Positions 26,278 through 39,675 are shown, counted from the stretch's first letter. The stretch: DNA of 64,000 bases from Balanoglossus misakiensis (GCA_040954595.2 CM082594.2:1134247-1198246), one strand, 5' to 3'. The notes: generated by a model not told the origin, from the sequence alone. A program made the numbers and translations.

Positions 26278-29200
26278 TTACTTTTTATAGGGGCCTCTTG
26301 ACTTGATTTCAGGTTTTGTATGTGTCGGGCTAGTCCTAATATGGTGGTCTTTCACTAGTTGCTCAAGTTTGTTCAGGCGGTCACCAGGCATACATGCATA
26401 GCTCACTGAAGCCTGGTTAAAGGCGTGGTGGATTGACTCTATCCTCTGCTCGCCGAAGAACCCTAGCCCTCGTTTAAATAATCTGATCTTCTCCATTATG
26501 TGACACTCAAGCATGTGCAATTTTGGAAACACACTTTCCTCTGGAAAATGTGTCCTATTCAGGTTCATGAACCTGGATACGGCAGTATCTGAAATAAATT
26601 ATATTTGAAAATGTCAATATTTTTTACTTCAAAGTTATAATTTAGTTATTCAATGTTACAATAGTGATGTGCCATAAATGATAAGCATTATGTATTGTAC
26701 GGCATACACTTTGGGAAAGGTATGGGTGGTGGAGAGGGGCGAATGGCCGGGAAGTGAGATGAGATGCGCGTGGTGTTGATACCAAATTCAAGTCTGATTT
26801 ATTGTAACTTTACGCAAGCTATATATACATGTTGGTGAACCTTGACTTTTGTTCACACCTGATACCGGGAGATTCACACTTGACAGTGGGCTCAAGTTTG
26901 GTGACTGACTTATTCCCTGCTTGCTGTGTGCAAGTGGAAGAGGGGGTGGGGGTGCCTGCATGCATGCTGTACTTACCCAATTCTTCAATTTCAATGTGTG
27001 TCAATTTTCTGCTGTGGGAATACTTGTTGTGGCAGTTTGCAAACTCCGTGAACAGTGGTTGGTGTTTGTGTACTATTTTCCGGGCTTTTGGGAGCAACTC
27101 TGGGCATACCTGCTCAGTCACATTTACAACACTGTTGCATAGTAGATTCACATTTTGTGGCTGAAAAATAGGCAGTCCAATCATTAATCTTTTCATTTAC
27201 AGGGCAAGTATAATGTTTGTTTTTTTCACTATGAATTAAGCCTGTATTTCAAGACTGTAACTGATTAACTATATCAAATACTAAACACTTACATTTAACT
27301 AAAATCAAAGAATGTTATAAATGTTCTGTGAATTAAAATTTGATTAATGTATTTTTTAATTCAACCTTCGGTTACTCACCAACTAGAAAAATATTGTTAA
27401 ACATCCAACCTAAAAATAAAAAAAAACTAACAGAAAAATGAAAAATAAAGATAAAATGTCCAAGGGAACTTGGCTATATATAAACTTTCAGTACAATTTA
27501 TTACACAATTAGGGCAAACAAACTTCAACAACTTCATGCATGGCAATTAAGTAACCATAACAATTATTCTTACACAGACCTTGCAGCATCGGTTTACATG
27601 ATTGCCTATGAATGACTGACTATGGTAGGCTTGCAAATAGACATTGATAGAAGCAAGTGCTACTTCAAGTCCCCTATGCAAGTATCCAGCTTGATGGGGA
27701 AGCCTTTTCTGCAATATTACAATTCCTGCAGCCTAAAAGTTAAACACACCCAATGATTACATTCAAATGAAAAATTAGTCATGTTATACCTGAAAAGAAG
27801 ACAAATCACATTTTTTTTTATAAATCAGTACCAAATATGATAATGCATTCACCTTTTTGTCTGCAATATCAGAGAGTTTCTTTCTTTTACGTTCCATATG
27901 TTTTACTTGTCCAAGTGTTGGTGGCCAGTCCTCATCATCACTATCATCATCACTAGTATCAGTGAAGGCAGCTTCAATGTGGGATGTCAGTAAATCATAC
28001 TCAACATGTATTTCATTAATCTCTGAATTGAGGTGAGATATCTTCGAAATGTGACTGACATATTCATCAAAGTGGGCAGGTTTCATGACTGGCACATCTA
28101 TTTCCTCCCCCGCCCCCACTAAACGAGTGAAGATTTCGGCATCAAGTAGATGACAAGAATTCTGCAGGAGACGAAAGAGCCTCTGAAATATGCCCAGGGA
28201 GATGTGCAAAACTGGAATCGAAACCTATGAGAGAAATTAAGCATAACACATTAATTATGACTTCTTGTTTTTATCTGAAATGAAGATAGAGAAAAATGAA
28301 ATTGATACATCTATGAAGAACATACCCTACACAGTGGAATTCTAAACATTTGATCCCTGACGCAATTGTAATACTCTTTAGCTTGAGTAAGGACCTTCCC
28401 TGCACTGACAAAATTATTGTGTGCATCTCTGATTGACTCTAGTGTTCTTGGTGGAATATCCGGCCGCTCTTCTGGTGGTAGCTTTGCTTGCTCTTTTGTG
28501 GTCAGACACCACAGGCAAAGTATCGTCCTGTTGATGAAACAAGGAAAAAAGCCTGGGATGTAAAATGAGGGGACAGACAGATAGAAAATAAGGTAGAAAG
28601 GTAACATTGATACTCATTTGTTTTTATGTATTTATTTTTTGTCCACAGAGATGCACAAGTTCTTGTTTGGCTTGCAGGTGACTATGAATTTCTGGTGAAG
28701 ATGTACGGATTGTCTGGTCCAAGTGGTATGTGCTGCATGCTGATTCTTTTGATTGTAACATGTTTCTAAATATTTGCATGTCATTTTTTTAATAGAAATA
28801 TTTAGAAACATGTTACAATCAAAAGAATCAGCATGCAGCACATACCACTTGGACCAGACAATCCGTACATCTTCACCAGAAATTCATAGTCACCTGCAAG
28901 CCAAACAAGAACTTGTGCATCTCTGTGGACAAAAAATAAATACATAAAAACAAATGAGTATCAATGTTACCTTTCTACCTTATTTTCTCTCTGTCTGTCC
29001 CCTCATTTTACATCCCAGGCTTTTCTTTCTGCCCCCGTCTCTTTGTTTCACTTTGATCTGTTTGTCAGTGTATCCAATTGTGTTCTATTTTAATTTCAGT
29101 CTCTTTGTGTCTGTCTTCCTTCAGTTCCATTTGTCTGTTGTGTCAGTCTCTCTCTTTTTGCTAACAGAGATACATGTACTATGATTAATGCTTACTTCCA

Positions 29201-31916
29201 CCTTAGACCATTTAGTGAGTCAACTTGCCCACTGTTTAACTTCATGGCAGTGTTTAGGTTGGTCAATTTATCCGGAGCTTCAAAAACACTCCAACACACA
29301 GTGTTGTTGATGCTGTTGAGGTGATCCACATTCATTATCTCAAATGCCCATTTCATGGAACCACCACCATGGTCACCTCCAACCTTTACCCAGACTTCAG
29401 AAGATGGAATAAGACCATCATGCCAGGTCAGTTTCTGTAGTCTAAAGAGAGAAAAACTGGCTCAACCCTTAAATCAAAACCATGCAGCTTTACCAAGGAT
29501 GTACCTCCAGGCGATACATGTGACCTTACATATTACAATGAAAAAAAAAAAATTAAGGTGTGCTAATGCATGTTTTCCTATTCAACAAGAAAAATTTGTG
29601 AAAACTCACCACAGTGATAAGGAGATAGAAATACAAGTCTTAAAAGGCAAGCTGCTATTGTACAAAGCCAGCCAGTTATGAAACACACAATCAACTATCT
29701 ATAAAGTCAATAGCAGTAAAACAAAACAAATCTTACCTGTCTAGGGTATCAAGTCTACCTATTACTGTTTCAACAAGATTAGATACAGCTACACATGGTG
29801 CCAGCCGTATTTCACTAAGTTTACCACTACCCGTACCATTTACTGTAAATGTGAAGGGTAGGTTCTTCATTTGGAGCTGAATCTCAAGTGACTTCATTCT
29901 CTCACGGTCTTTGTTTTCTCCTTCAAGTCGAATATTCCACATTCTTAGCCATCTGCATTTGAAATGAAACTTCATATTTGATGAAACCTACAATCAGTGA
30001 CCTAAGTGATTAATGTAGCACAGCTAGGTGACAGTTTAAGAAGTTTGAAATTTAACAACATAAAACCTCATTCTTTAAGCATAGAGATTATAATAAAATG
30101 TGATAATTTTTAGTTAATCATGCAGAATATCTCAGACAGCTATTGTAATTGCTAATAGGTATATATCATATTGTTGTTAAAACATCAATAAAACATGACA
30201 ATTATTGCATAAAGAACAGATAGAAATTAAAGCTGCAAGCAGCATTGTCGGGCCCAAGCGCTGATCTCGAATTATATATGCACAGTATGAATGAGAAGAA
30301 ACAGAATTTTCTATCGGGTGTATTATCTCATGACATAACAAGGACGTGTGCGCTTGGGCCCTAACAACTTACCTTCTTATTTTCCGCATGGTTGACCAGG
30401 TGACCCCAACATCACTCTTTAAGAGAAGTCCAGCACCAGGTGGAATATCTGGACTGAGGCCGAGAGAAGATAGCGGGGATTCTTTTTCCTCCTTCTTCAT
30501 CCTTTTAATTTCATTTCCTGTCTGAATGTGTGCTGATTTACCACCACCGCTTACTTGGTGCCTCACTTCAGATAAGCATTTTGATCTTAAGACCAGAGTT
30601 TGCTTTGAACACTCAGAACTTTCCTTTCTTGGCTTCCGAATTTTGGACAGCATAATTGGCTGCAAGTACAAAAAATATCTTAAGTTTCTACAAGTATCGT
30701 CTACGCATCAATTTAAGTTATATTACACTGATGTAGCAGTACGGTTATAACTAACAAAATCAATAATTGTTCCCCCTAGTCAAATCAAAAGTAAATACTC
30801 AAGGGTGAATTATTTTTAAGACAAGAATAAAGGAAGAAGTATACTCACTTGACCACCTGTTTTGAATTTAATTAAACCACTTGATTCAAATTCCAGCTTC
30901 TTCTTGACAATAGTTGTGGCGAGTTGTTCAAACATTGGCAGAGTGTGGATATCGGCTGATGTCTGCAGTAACGTTTTAGCGGCTTGAACAGGGGTTACTT
31001 CAGGTTTGCCAATCTCTTCATTTATTTGTGATTGTTGGGGACTGGGATTATCAATACTGACCTGTCCCTTGTTGACACGCATGTTGAAGGGGCATGGTGA
31101 GGCATAATTATGTTCCTTGGCGATAGTTTTGAAGGCACATTGATTTGTGTGAGAGCAAAGGTCTTGTAGTGGCACAACTTCTGAAAAACCAGCATTTGCA
31201 ATGTCACACACAATATTTAGAGACGACAGCATATTTGACAATACTAATGGGACACTGACAATATCACCTGGCATAATACGTAGGCGACAGATGGGGCATG
31301 TGGTTGATTCTTCAAACCACTTACATAAACAAGTAGAACAAAAAACATGGGGCCCACTACACAGAAGTTGAACTGGCTCGTCAACAACATCTCGGCAAAC
31401 TGGACATTCAAAATCTTGACTCGCAGAGGAAAAGCGTGACCTTGACAAGTTTAATGCAGACCTTAGCTTCTTGCCAGCTTTCTGCTGTACAGCAAGGATA
31501 ATGTTTTCTGATTGTATATGTCCTTGGTCTCCATCAAGTTTTTTGGTTTGTGTCATTGGAGGTCTTCCCCGGTTTTTTGCTGCTTTCCGCTTTCGTCCAC
31601 TTTTGCAAAGAGTACACACACTGCATTCACCAATTCTCGGATGTTTTTTCCAACCAGTTAACTGTACCCCATGATTGTACTGTTTACCTGTTTCTTTTGC
31701 CTTTGTAATAGATGTTATAAGCCGCTTGCAGTTACTACAGAAATGGGTTGGGTGAATGCCAGGGTCATCCGTTGAAATATCTATTCCAAAACATTCACCT
31801 AAAGCGTCTCCAATATTTGCGCACAGAAATGGCTTCTCTGCAAATTTACGGCTGCAAATCCGACATCTATTCAGCAATATGTTATTGTGGAACTCGAGAG
31901 ATTTCCGCCCGGTCAT
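26278..31916 (-). pseudogene. Chapaev-type transposase (~1040 aa) with RAG1-like N-terminal zinc-binding region and RING finger; 10 exons, one apparent 1-nt frameshift
   Basis: Exons: 31916-30849, 30659-30373, 29952-29737, 29441-29196, 28922-28846, 28527-28326, 28224-27853, 27732-27580, 27160-26977, 26588-26278. All junctions are GT-AG and phase-consistent except entry into exon 6, where one T is missing near 28518 (expected RYFCLWC). Motifs: CRIC..HPTHFCSNC, RING CPVC..HVFCSTC..CPIC, KTGGQP, KVGGDHGGGS (D1), AGDYEFL (D2), QAYHSQSFIGNHV, PKLHMLE, GEQRIESIH (E). Confidence 0.85.
28547..29024. repeat. Near-perfect inverted duplication (229-bp arms, 20-bp spacer) containing transposase exon 5
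   Basis: 28547-28775 is the reverse complement of 28796-29024; I saw one mismatch. Confidence 0.93.
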
Positions 31917-33824
31917 CGTACTGGCTGCAGCACCCGACAAATGTGCAGACGACAACGTAGTTCGATCAAATTTGGCGCCAGTGTACACGTAAACAATACA
32001 GTAACCAGCTTAAGGGGTCATCGAAGCATCGAACCACACAACACATGCCGTTCAAAAAAAAAAAAAACCCAAAGCAAGGAAAAAACACCCCGACAAAATC
32101 ATCACACTCAAAACACAAAATATTCGACAACGAACACATAAAAATCGGTTTGATTAAAATATAATTCGATTTTCGATGTTATCTTAGCTGTAAATTACAG
32201 TTCACAAAAACGGGATTCCATGCTGTTCACTCGCCATTGTTTACATGTAGATTGCAAACGTACCTGCGTCATGATCCAAATGTCTTCCAAATCACGCGGC
32301 AAGATCCATATAAACTCCAAAAAATTACAGTTTATGCGATAAAAAAGCATATTTCTCGAGTACGAACTCGCAAAAATATCGGAAACGGCTATATTCAGTG
32401 ATGTTTTTCACCGATGGCCATGCATTCGCATGGGCGCGCACATGTTGATCTTGCAAAGTCTCGCCATATCACGCAATGGAACGTGAAGAAAATGGCTGTT
32501 GCTTTGTTATTTATTTCCTCCAACTAAGTAGGGCCTGCCGCTATGGCTAAAACGCTTGTGGGTGTACATAAATATTTATGCATTGTCACAATGACTGGAG
32601 GTCTTTAAATGACCAAGCTGTATGGACACCTCATTCAATGTTACATATATTTGTTATTACATGTTTTATTGAAATTGCCAGTTGTCTGTTTTAATTCTGG
32701 CAGTTCTGCTGTGTCTTTTGTCTTGCCCTGACAGAATGCAGTAATATTTGCAGTACAAGAGGAGTGTCAGTAAATAGTGGAGCAATATCTTTCTACGACG
32801 AATGTACTCATGCATTGCTCCAAAGTGAAGTACATTCGCAAAACCAGTTTGGGAAATCGGGACTCTTTTCAAGATTATACCACATTTTTGTGGATGTCAC
32901 ATGACATGGAAACACTCTAGAATCACGATTGAGATAAGGTTTCGGTTTGATATACCACTTCCTTGTTATTTCAATCTGTATGTTTTCTTAACCCCCTCCC
33001 TCGAAAAAAGGTAATTGAGGTAATTGTAAAATTACCTGAAAACAAACAGGCTACTCTAGCCTCCATTTTATGAGGTTTGTGATGTAACATATTTTGAATT
33101 TCGTGAATCGATCAAAAGTTTCCGTGCACCAACTATCAAAACTACACCAAAAAATAATTTGGGCAATTCATAAGGAGAATCTAGTGGGTCGGCGGCTATA
33201 GAACTGACGTAAGTGTAAGTATCAGAGGATTGTGGGTACGAGGCTGGGAAGAGCAACACTCGAACACTCATGAAATCTACACGTGACGCCAAATTCTTTG
33301 TAATATGAACAGTGGAAAACTGCCATGCCATCCCTCTAAGTGCAAACTTCCAAAGATTTCAATCTGGTGATATTTAATGAAAATATTTTATTCAAATTCA
33401 TGTGGTGATATTTAAAAAAAAATATTTTATTCAAATTCATGTTATAAATTAAACTTGCATCTATGATATAGAAATGACTCTGTCTTATATAACAAAAATA
33501 CAAATAACTTGGTTAGATGACCAAAGATTTCCCATCTCGAAAAGTTTCTACCAAAATGACTAACTCCAAATCTGCTAAGAGAGCCCTAGCAAATTTAATC
33601 ACTGCACATTACTCTCGATAAAACGAAATATTGCGCATTCATTTTGTCCTTGAATTGAAATGCATGGCCAGTGTTCATAGACTTCACACACACAGGATGT
33701 TTAAGGAGTTGAATTGTTATTGACAGCGACCAGGTCGGTAGATTCTATAGGATGAAGAAAAAATGAAAAGACAGTCAGTACATAGCTAAATTCTCCTATA
33801 CAAGGGCGTCTTCAATTGGTACAG

Positions 33825-33915
33825 TGACTGACTGACTGACTGAATGGATGAATGAATGAATGAATGAATGAATGAATGAATGAATGAATGAATGAATGAA
33901 TGAATGAATGATGAA
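33825..33915. repeat. (TGAC)n/(TGAA)n microsatellite
   Basis: Direct reading of the sequence. Confidence 0.95.
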
Positions 33916-34984
33916 CGGATGAGTCGTAATAATATGCTTCAATCACAGGGGCTTTGAAAATTATTAAAAAAAATAAAAAATAATGTACTCACAACCGACA
34001 TTTATACAACATACAGCTCAAGAAACTCCTCCATGTGTACAATACTTTGCCAATTTAGTGACAACATCAGCTTGCAGAGCACGTGAGCACCGCTTTCGCC
34101 AGCCTGTGGTGCCCGCATATCTTTTTTGTTCAGCAGTAACATGCACGACACATGCAGAGACACAAACGTCCATGTTGCAAATTGTAGATGAAAGCATCAG
34201 CTGCGCTGGTTTTATGGTCAGCATCACTGGCTGTTACATGAAAACTGTTTGTCACATACCTTAACCAACATATACGTGTATCTGTATGGAAAGAAAGTAG
34301 GCTCACCCCCGGTACAGTATTATTTTTTTGCATGCACGCAATGGCCTGAATTTGCTAAACTGGGATCATCTGCGCGCATTTCAAAACGTGCTCGTTGCTT
34401 AACTTCGCGTGCTTTACTACTCACAATTATTCCACTTGTGAACGAACACGTCACCCAATTTTACAGTGTAGCCATGTGGAAAACTGGTGACAAGGTAATA
34501 TTTCATTCGAAGATCAACCTACGTTCAGAAAGTTTGCATTGTGGTGAATTCTCACTGCTCTCGCAATGCGGTCTGTGGCTCACTGCCGCAGACCGCATTA
34601 CACGTAGAAATAAATTCTGTACGTCACAGTTCGTAGGTCGCATAGGTCATGGAGTTAATCCATTATACATTGCGGCTTACAATTTCTCGTGACCCTCTTA
34701 TCATGCAGCTTGTGTGTTACTGACCACTGACGCATGTCAAAACACTCAATATTTTTTTTTAATTTGCAAAATCTTTCATTTTAAAGTCGTGATACTCACT
34801 GCAGATAGCATTCTTTTCAGTAGGAACTATTTCTGCTGCCATTTCAATATTGTCTGTATTCCATGTAAATATATTTCCTCCAATTGAACAGTCCCCCGCC
34901 ACAGCTGCAACCTCTTCTGCAGTCAGAACTTTTGACCACATGTATGTCATTTAGTCAAGACAATTTGGGAGAACTGTAGTTTAA

Positions 34985-35340
34985 AGCTGCCACTTTTTGC
35001 ATTATTTTCATGATTTTATTTTCCAACTTAAATTGGTTCATCAAAATAAGCTTACTGATAGGTATACATAAACATCTTATCGATGCCCGATTGTGACTGC
35101 ATGTTGCAATTGGAACATGCTATGTATTAAAACGGTGCCTCACCGATTTAATCAGCCTTCATACAAACAATAGCAGCTAAGCAGCTATCGTGAAATGCGA
35201 CGCCAAGTGATGACAAACCAATGCAAATGCAAGTAATATGGCTTAATGGTCACGGGTGAAGATTTTAGGGAATAGGGAATATACATATGAAGTATTTTAC
35301 TCTGGAAAAAAATATGCCAATTTTAGCAGCTATAGGGTTT
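34985..35340. mobile_element. Diverged Kolobok-like MITE copy (relative of 39891-40230; a further partial copy lies near 15945)
   Basis: agctgccactttttgcattattttcatga is the reverse complement of ~40191-40221. The other end reads gcagctatagggtttttaa. Confidence 0.6.
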
Positions 35341-35633
35341 TTAAAGCGCGGGCGAAGTATGAAAAGATGCAGTAAATATCGATACATTGTATTTTGGAGG
35401 TTTCTCATAACCATGATTGGTTGGCTAATTATGCGGCGTTTTCTAAATAAAAGGAACAATATTAATTTATTGTTGGGGCTCACCTCCGTTAACATCTTGC
35501 CGTCTCTGCTGAGTGTTGGCCTCTTCCAGCGGCACGTGTTTGTCCTTTACGGCATGCTGTAAAATATTTAGAATAGCGCTGCCATTTGATCAAAGGATAA
35601 GCTGGCTTCGCGTGTTAGGGATGTGTGTCTGAC

Positions 35634-36929
35634 TACGGCGCGCCAAGTGTTTCAAAATTATTTATCATTATTTTATAGAAAATTAATGTCTTTTTTTAAA
35701 AAAATACGTAAAAAACACACAAAAAACTGATTGGTGGTTCAAAAAACAACGAGTGTAAAAAGTAATCCGTCGTGGAGTAAAAAAACAAAAAAACAAAAAA
35801 AAAAACCTAACACACACAGAAGAAAATGTCACCTGTTGTCAAAAAAAACCCACCAAGCTTACCGAAAAAAATACGTCCACAAGGCAGTTGCTCAAAAAAT
35901 CACTAATTTGTCACAAAAAAACCACGCGCACATTTTTCACGAAAAACGCACACTTCACCCCCACAAAAAATACACACAAAGTATTAAAAAGAACACTCTT
36001 TGAAAAAAAAGAGAGACTACAACTTAAAAAAATGCACACCCCCAGAACAAGCAACACAGGCAAACATAGAAAAAACACGAACATGTTAGCCATAAAAAAA
36101 CGGAGATATTTGTCACCGAAAAAAAAAACCCGCACTCATGTCACCCCAAAACTAACGGGCCACTTTTAAAAAACGCAGATGCACTGAGGTTGCAAAAATA
36201 AGCACATTTTTAATCCCCCGAAAAAAAACCAGGCAATTTGAAAAAAACGCACAGCAATTTGCAAAAAAAAAAAAAATATGAACATTTGTCACCCCAAAAA
36301 ACCAGGCAATTTGAAAAAAAAACGCAGAGCAATTTGCAAAAAAAAAATATATAGGAACATTTGTCACCCCCCCAAAAAAACAGGCAATTTGAACAAAAAA
36401 ACGCAGAGCAATTTGCAAAAAAAAAATATAGGAACATTTGTCACCCAAAAAAAAAACGCAGAGCAATTTGCAAAAAAAAAAAATAATAGGAACATTTGTC
36501 ACCCAAAAAACAGGCAATTTGAAAAAAATAAAACACGATATAAAATTTGAAAAAAAAATATATAGGCACATTTGTCACCCAAAATATTCAGGCAGATCCA
36601 AGTTGTAAAAAATGGTATATTTGTCATCCAAAAAATAAAACAAGCGTGTTTAAAAAAACGAACATTCAGTTGTAAAAATAAATAATAGTCTTTAACAACT
36701 TGAAAAAAACCCGGACGCATTTGAAAGAATAGCGTATGCGCATGCGCCGAAAAAAAAATTGAGTGAGAAATCCTGGGGAATAAATGCGCATGCGCAAAAA
36801 AAAAAAAAAGTGAACAATCCTGGCTGAAAAAAAAAAGTGAGAGATTTCGGTAGAGGAGTCTGGGTAATATTTGAAAAAAAAAACGGAGTCTGAAAATAAG
36901 TTGAGAAAAGAAAGGGGAAACACACAAAC
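35634..36929 (+). repeat. Left TIR (~1.3 kb), A-rich, with internal ~70-bp tandem subrepeats
   Basis: Reverse complement of 55642-57116. Repeated aggaacatttgtcacccaaaa..caggcaatttg..cgcagagcaatttgc. Confidence 0.95.
36739..36796. promoter_or_regulatory. Two NRF1-type GCGCATGCGC palindromes at the inner TIR end (mirrored at ~55788-55846)
   Basis: tgcgcatgcgcc at ~36737 and a perfect tgcgcatgcgca at 36785-36796, about 160 bp upstream of the transposase ATG. Confidence 0.45.
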
Positions 36930-36954
36930 CGATAAGGGTCGAAGATAAGCAAAC

Positions 36955-39675
36955 ATGGCGCCGTTATGGGATTCCTTCGTGAAGGAAGTGAAGATACTTG
37001 TTCGAGACCACAGAAACAGGTTACCGTCTGGTCTAAATGACCGGCGAGTGGTGTGTAACATGGTCGAGAGAACTGTCTCTATGATACGTTACACACTGAA
37101 CATAAGAGAAGCGGTGCAGCACCATGTAATGGCCGTTTCTGTGCAGGACATTCATTTGTTACTGGATTGCTTGAACTCTGTACATATTGCGTTGCAATCT
37201 GTTTTGGAAATATGGAGCTCTAACTCTGGAAACAGTCCTCGCTCTTGTGTTACGATTGGGAATGTTAATACGTCTCGTGATGTGAACTGTGGACTATCTG
37301 AGACTGAAACTATTCGAACTGGTGAACCTGGACGTCCACCATATGATATTGATGACAAGGTACAATTATTTATCGAATACGGGTTCAAAATGAAAGATAT
37401 CTCAGAAATGCTCCAAATATCTCGTCAAACATTATGGAGAAGATTGAAATCATTAGGGTATGATTTCACAGATAAGTACAATCCCATTAGTGATGCAGAT
37501 CTTGACATGCACATACGCAGAATCAAGGAATCGACTTTTAAGCATTGCGGAGAAAGAATCGTGGAAGGTATTCTGAGATCTATGAAAGTTTCCGTTCAAA
37601 GACAGCGAATAAGAGAAAGTCTCCAGAGGATTGAACCTCTTGAACGAGCCCTGCGTTGGCCACTCTTGAGAATGAAAAGTAAAAGGCATGGTGTGTACAA
37701 TGTGGCGGCAGCACAAAGTTTATGGCATATTGGTAAGAGTTTACATTACACAAAGTTATTATGATAGATAGTATGTACGTACATGCATGTAATGTATGTA
37801 TGTATGTATGTATGTATGTATGTATGTATGTATGTATGTATGTATGTATGCATGCATGCATGCATGCATGTAAATATGTATGTATCATGTATCTATTTAT
37901 GTATTTATCTATCTATGTAGGTGTATGCGTGTCAGTGAAATCTTAAAACCACTGCATGTTTTCAAATGGAATTATATATACGCACGAACTGGTCAAAATC
38001 TCGTGGTATACCATGGCTGGGGGTGTTTTATTGCTATTATATTATGCCAGTATATTGAAACTTTGCATAAAACATTTTAAAAAGGCATTTTCTTTGACTA
38101 TGATATATGACTGTGGTATATGGCTAATATACCATGGTCACGTGTCGTGTCTCGACCAATCAAATAGCGTGATTTACACCATCAATATACTGGTATAATA
38201 TAATACTCAATATTGAACAGTTGTCATAAAGATGCTTAAGTTAGACTCAGTCTGATACAGATACATCTTCGGTTTCGAGTAACTGAGAGTAATTGTGCAT
38301 CAAGAGCTGATTTGTATAGTTGTAGTTTAGGAAACCCTATTTAGAATGAAAAATATTTTGATCACATTTGGCCGTGTTCATATTTAATTTACATTCCAAT
38401 CAATTATGCACTTCTGAGGTACATATTTGATGTGATAAAAAAAATAATTTTCCACATCTAAATATAACTTTAAAGTGCTAAAATGTTGTACATGTCATAC
38501 ATTGAGCAATTGATCATGTGTACTCGTCTTTCAGCATATTCTTTTTATACTTAAGACTAATTTGGGTGAGGAAGCTGGAAATGCAGTTTTATGAAGTGGG
38601 CCTGCATCCCACGAAACCAAAACTGAATGCCAAACTAAATCTGAAGCTAGCTTAAGCATCATTGCCATGATGCTGTTTTTCCATGTTGATTTTATTTCTT
38701 AGTGAAACATTTACCATAATTATGTATGTGGATTGCTGCTTTTCTGAATATTGAACTTAATTAATAAGTGTGTGATATATAGTCCTCCTTGCCAATAGAA
38801 TTGATCTACGTGTACATTTATCAAGAGTTTCATAAGGCTTAATACATATTTCATTTTTTGCAGATGGCCTGGAAAAATTACAAAGATGGGGACTATATGT
38901 TCATGGTGGAATAGATGGGTATTCTAGAGTAGTTGTCTACCTCATTGCTGCCAACAACAAGATGGCATCAACTGTTTTAGATGGTTTCCTTGGTGCAGTG
39001 CAAGAATATGGCATTCCGTCCCGTGTCAGATCTGATTATGGGATGGAAAATACAACGGTTGCAGCTTTCATGCTGGCACACCGTGGAGACAACAGAGGTT
39101 CACACATTGTTGGATCATCAATTTATAATCAAAGAATTGAACGATTACATCAAGATACATTTAAATGTTGTTTGGAATACTATCGTGATGTTTTTCTACA
39201 GATGGAATGCCAGGGTCTTTTAAATCCTGATAATCCTATAGAGATACTGTGTCTTCATTTTGTTTTTCTTCCTCGTATAAATTATTCACTGACAGTTTTT
39301 AGGAAAGGCTGGAATGAACATAGATTGCAAACAGAACACAATTTGAGTCCGAATCAGCTGTGGCTGCAAAGTGTTACTGCATTCAAAAATTCTGATAAAA
39401 CTGCTATCAGAGAACTGTTAGATCCAGAGAACATAGATTATGCCACTTATGGAGTGGAAACTGACATCACTGTCAACAGTGATGAAGAATACATCACTGT
39501 CAACAGTGATGAAGAATCAAATAATGAAATGCTATCACCAACATTTGAATTGTCAAATTATGAGCAATGTTTTCAGACTCTACAGGAAAGGATAGATCCA
39601 TTAGCAGCAAGTGATGAAAAGGGTATTGATATTTACACTAGAGCATGTTCCTTAATCAGACAAATGTCATTGTAA
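36955..39675 (+). CDS. IS3EU-type integrase-core DDE transposase, 2 exons (36955-37732, 38864-39675), 529 aa, intact frame
   Basis: Spliced product: HTH region (GRPPY..KDISEMLQISRQTLWRR), then LWHI|DG..HGGIDGYSR, PSRVRSDYGMEN, NQRIERL. GT-AG intron in phase 1; 778+812 nt = 530 codons including the stop. Confidence 0.92.
37790..37885. repeat. (TATG)n/(CATG)n microsatellite in the transposase intron
   Basis: Direct reading of the sequence. Confidence 0.95.

Larger units (their letters stand above)
25688..32560 (-). mobile_element. Chapaev (CMC superfamily) / N-RAG-TP-type DNA transposon, full length (6873 bp)
   Basis: Left TIR cacaagcgtttgccccatag (25688). Right TIR ctatggctaaaacgcttgtg (ends 32560). 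4-bp TSD ggtg at 25684-25687 and 32561-32564. The element encloses one transposase gene. Confidence 0.9.

Noticed and set aside
25688-32560. ProtoRAG / RAG1-RAG2 transposon
   Set aside because: The TSD is 4 bp rather than 5. The catalytic motifs (GGDHGGG, GDYEFL, GEQxxESIH) are Chapaev-type. Only ~590 bp lies between the stop codon and the TIR, leaving no room for a RAG2-like gene.
32650-32960. EGF-like exon of the decayed host gene (..WFCECTSLWS..)
   Set aside because: It is too degenerate (stops and frameshifts) to support without an alignment.
35731-36952. Numerous K-rich or F-rich ORFs here and at 55549-60676
   Set aside because: They are translations of low-complexity A/T-run TIR sequence that appear in several frames and on both strands.
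36955-39675. LTR retrotransposon or Polinton integrase
   Set aside because: No RT, gag, PolB or capsid ORFs are present, and the termini are TAC..GTA inverted repeats rather than LTRs.
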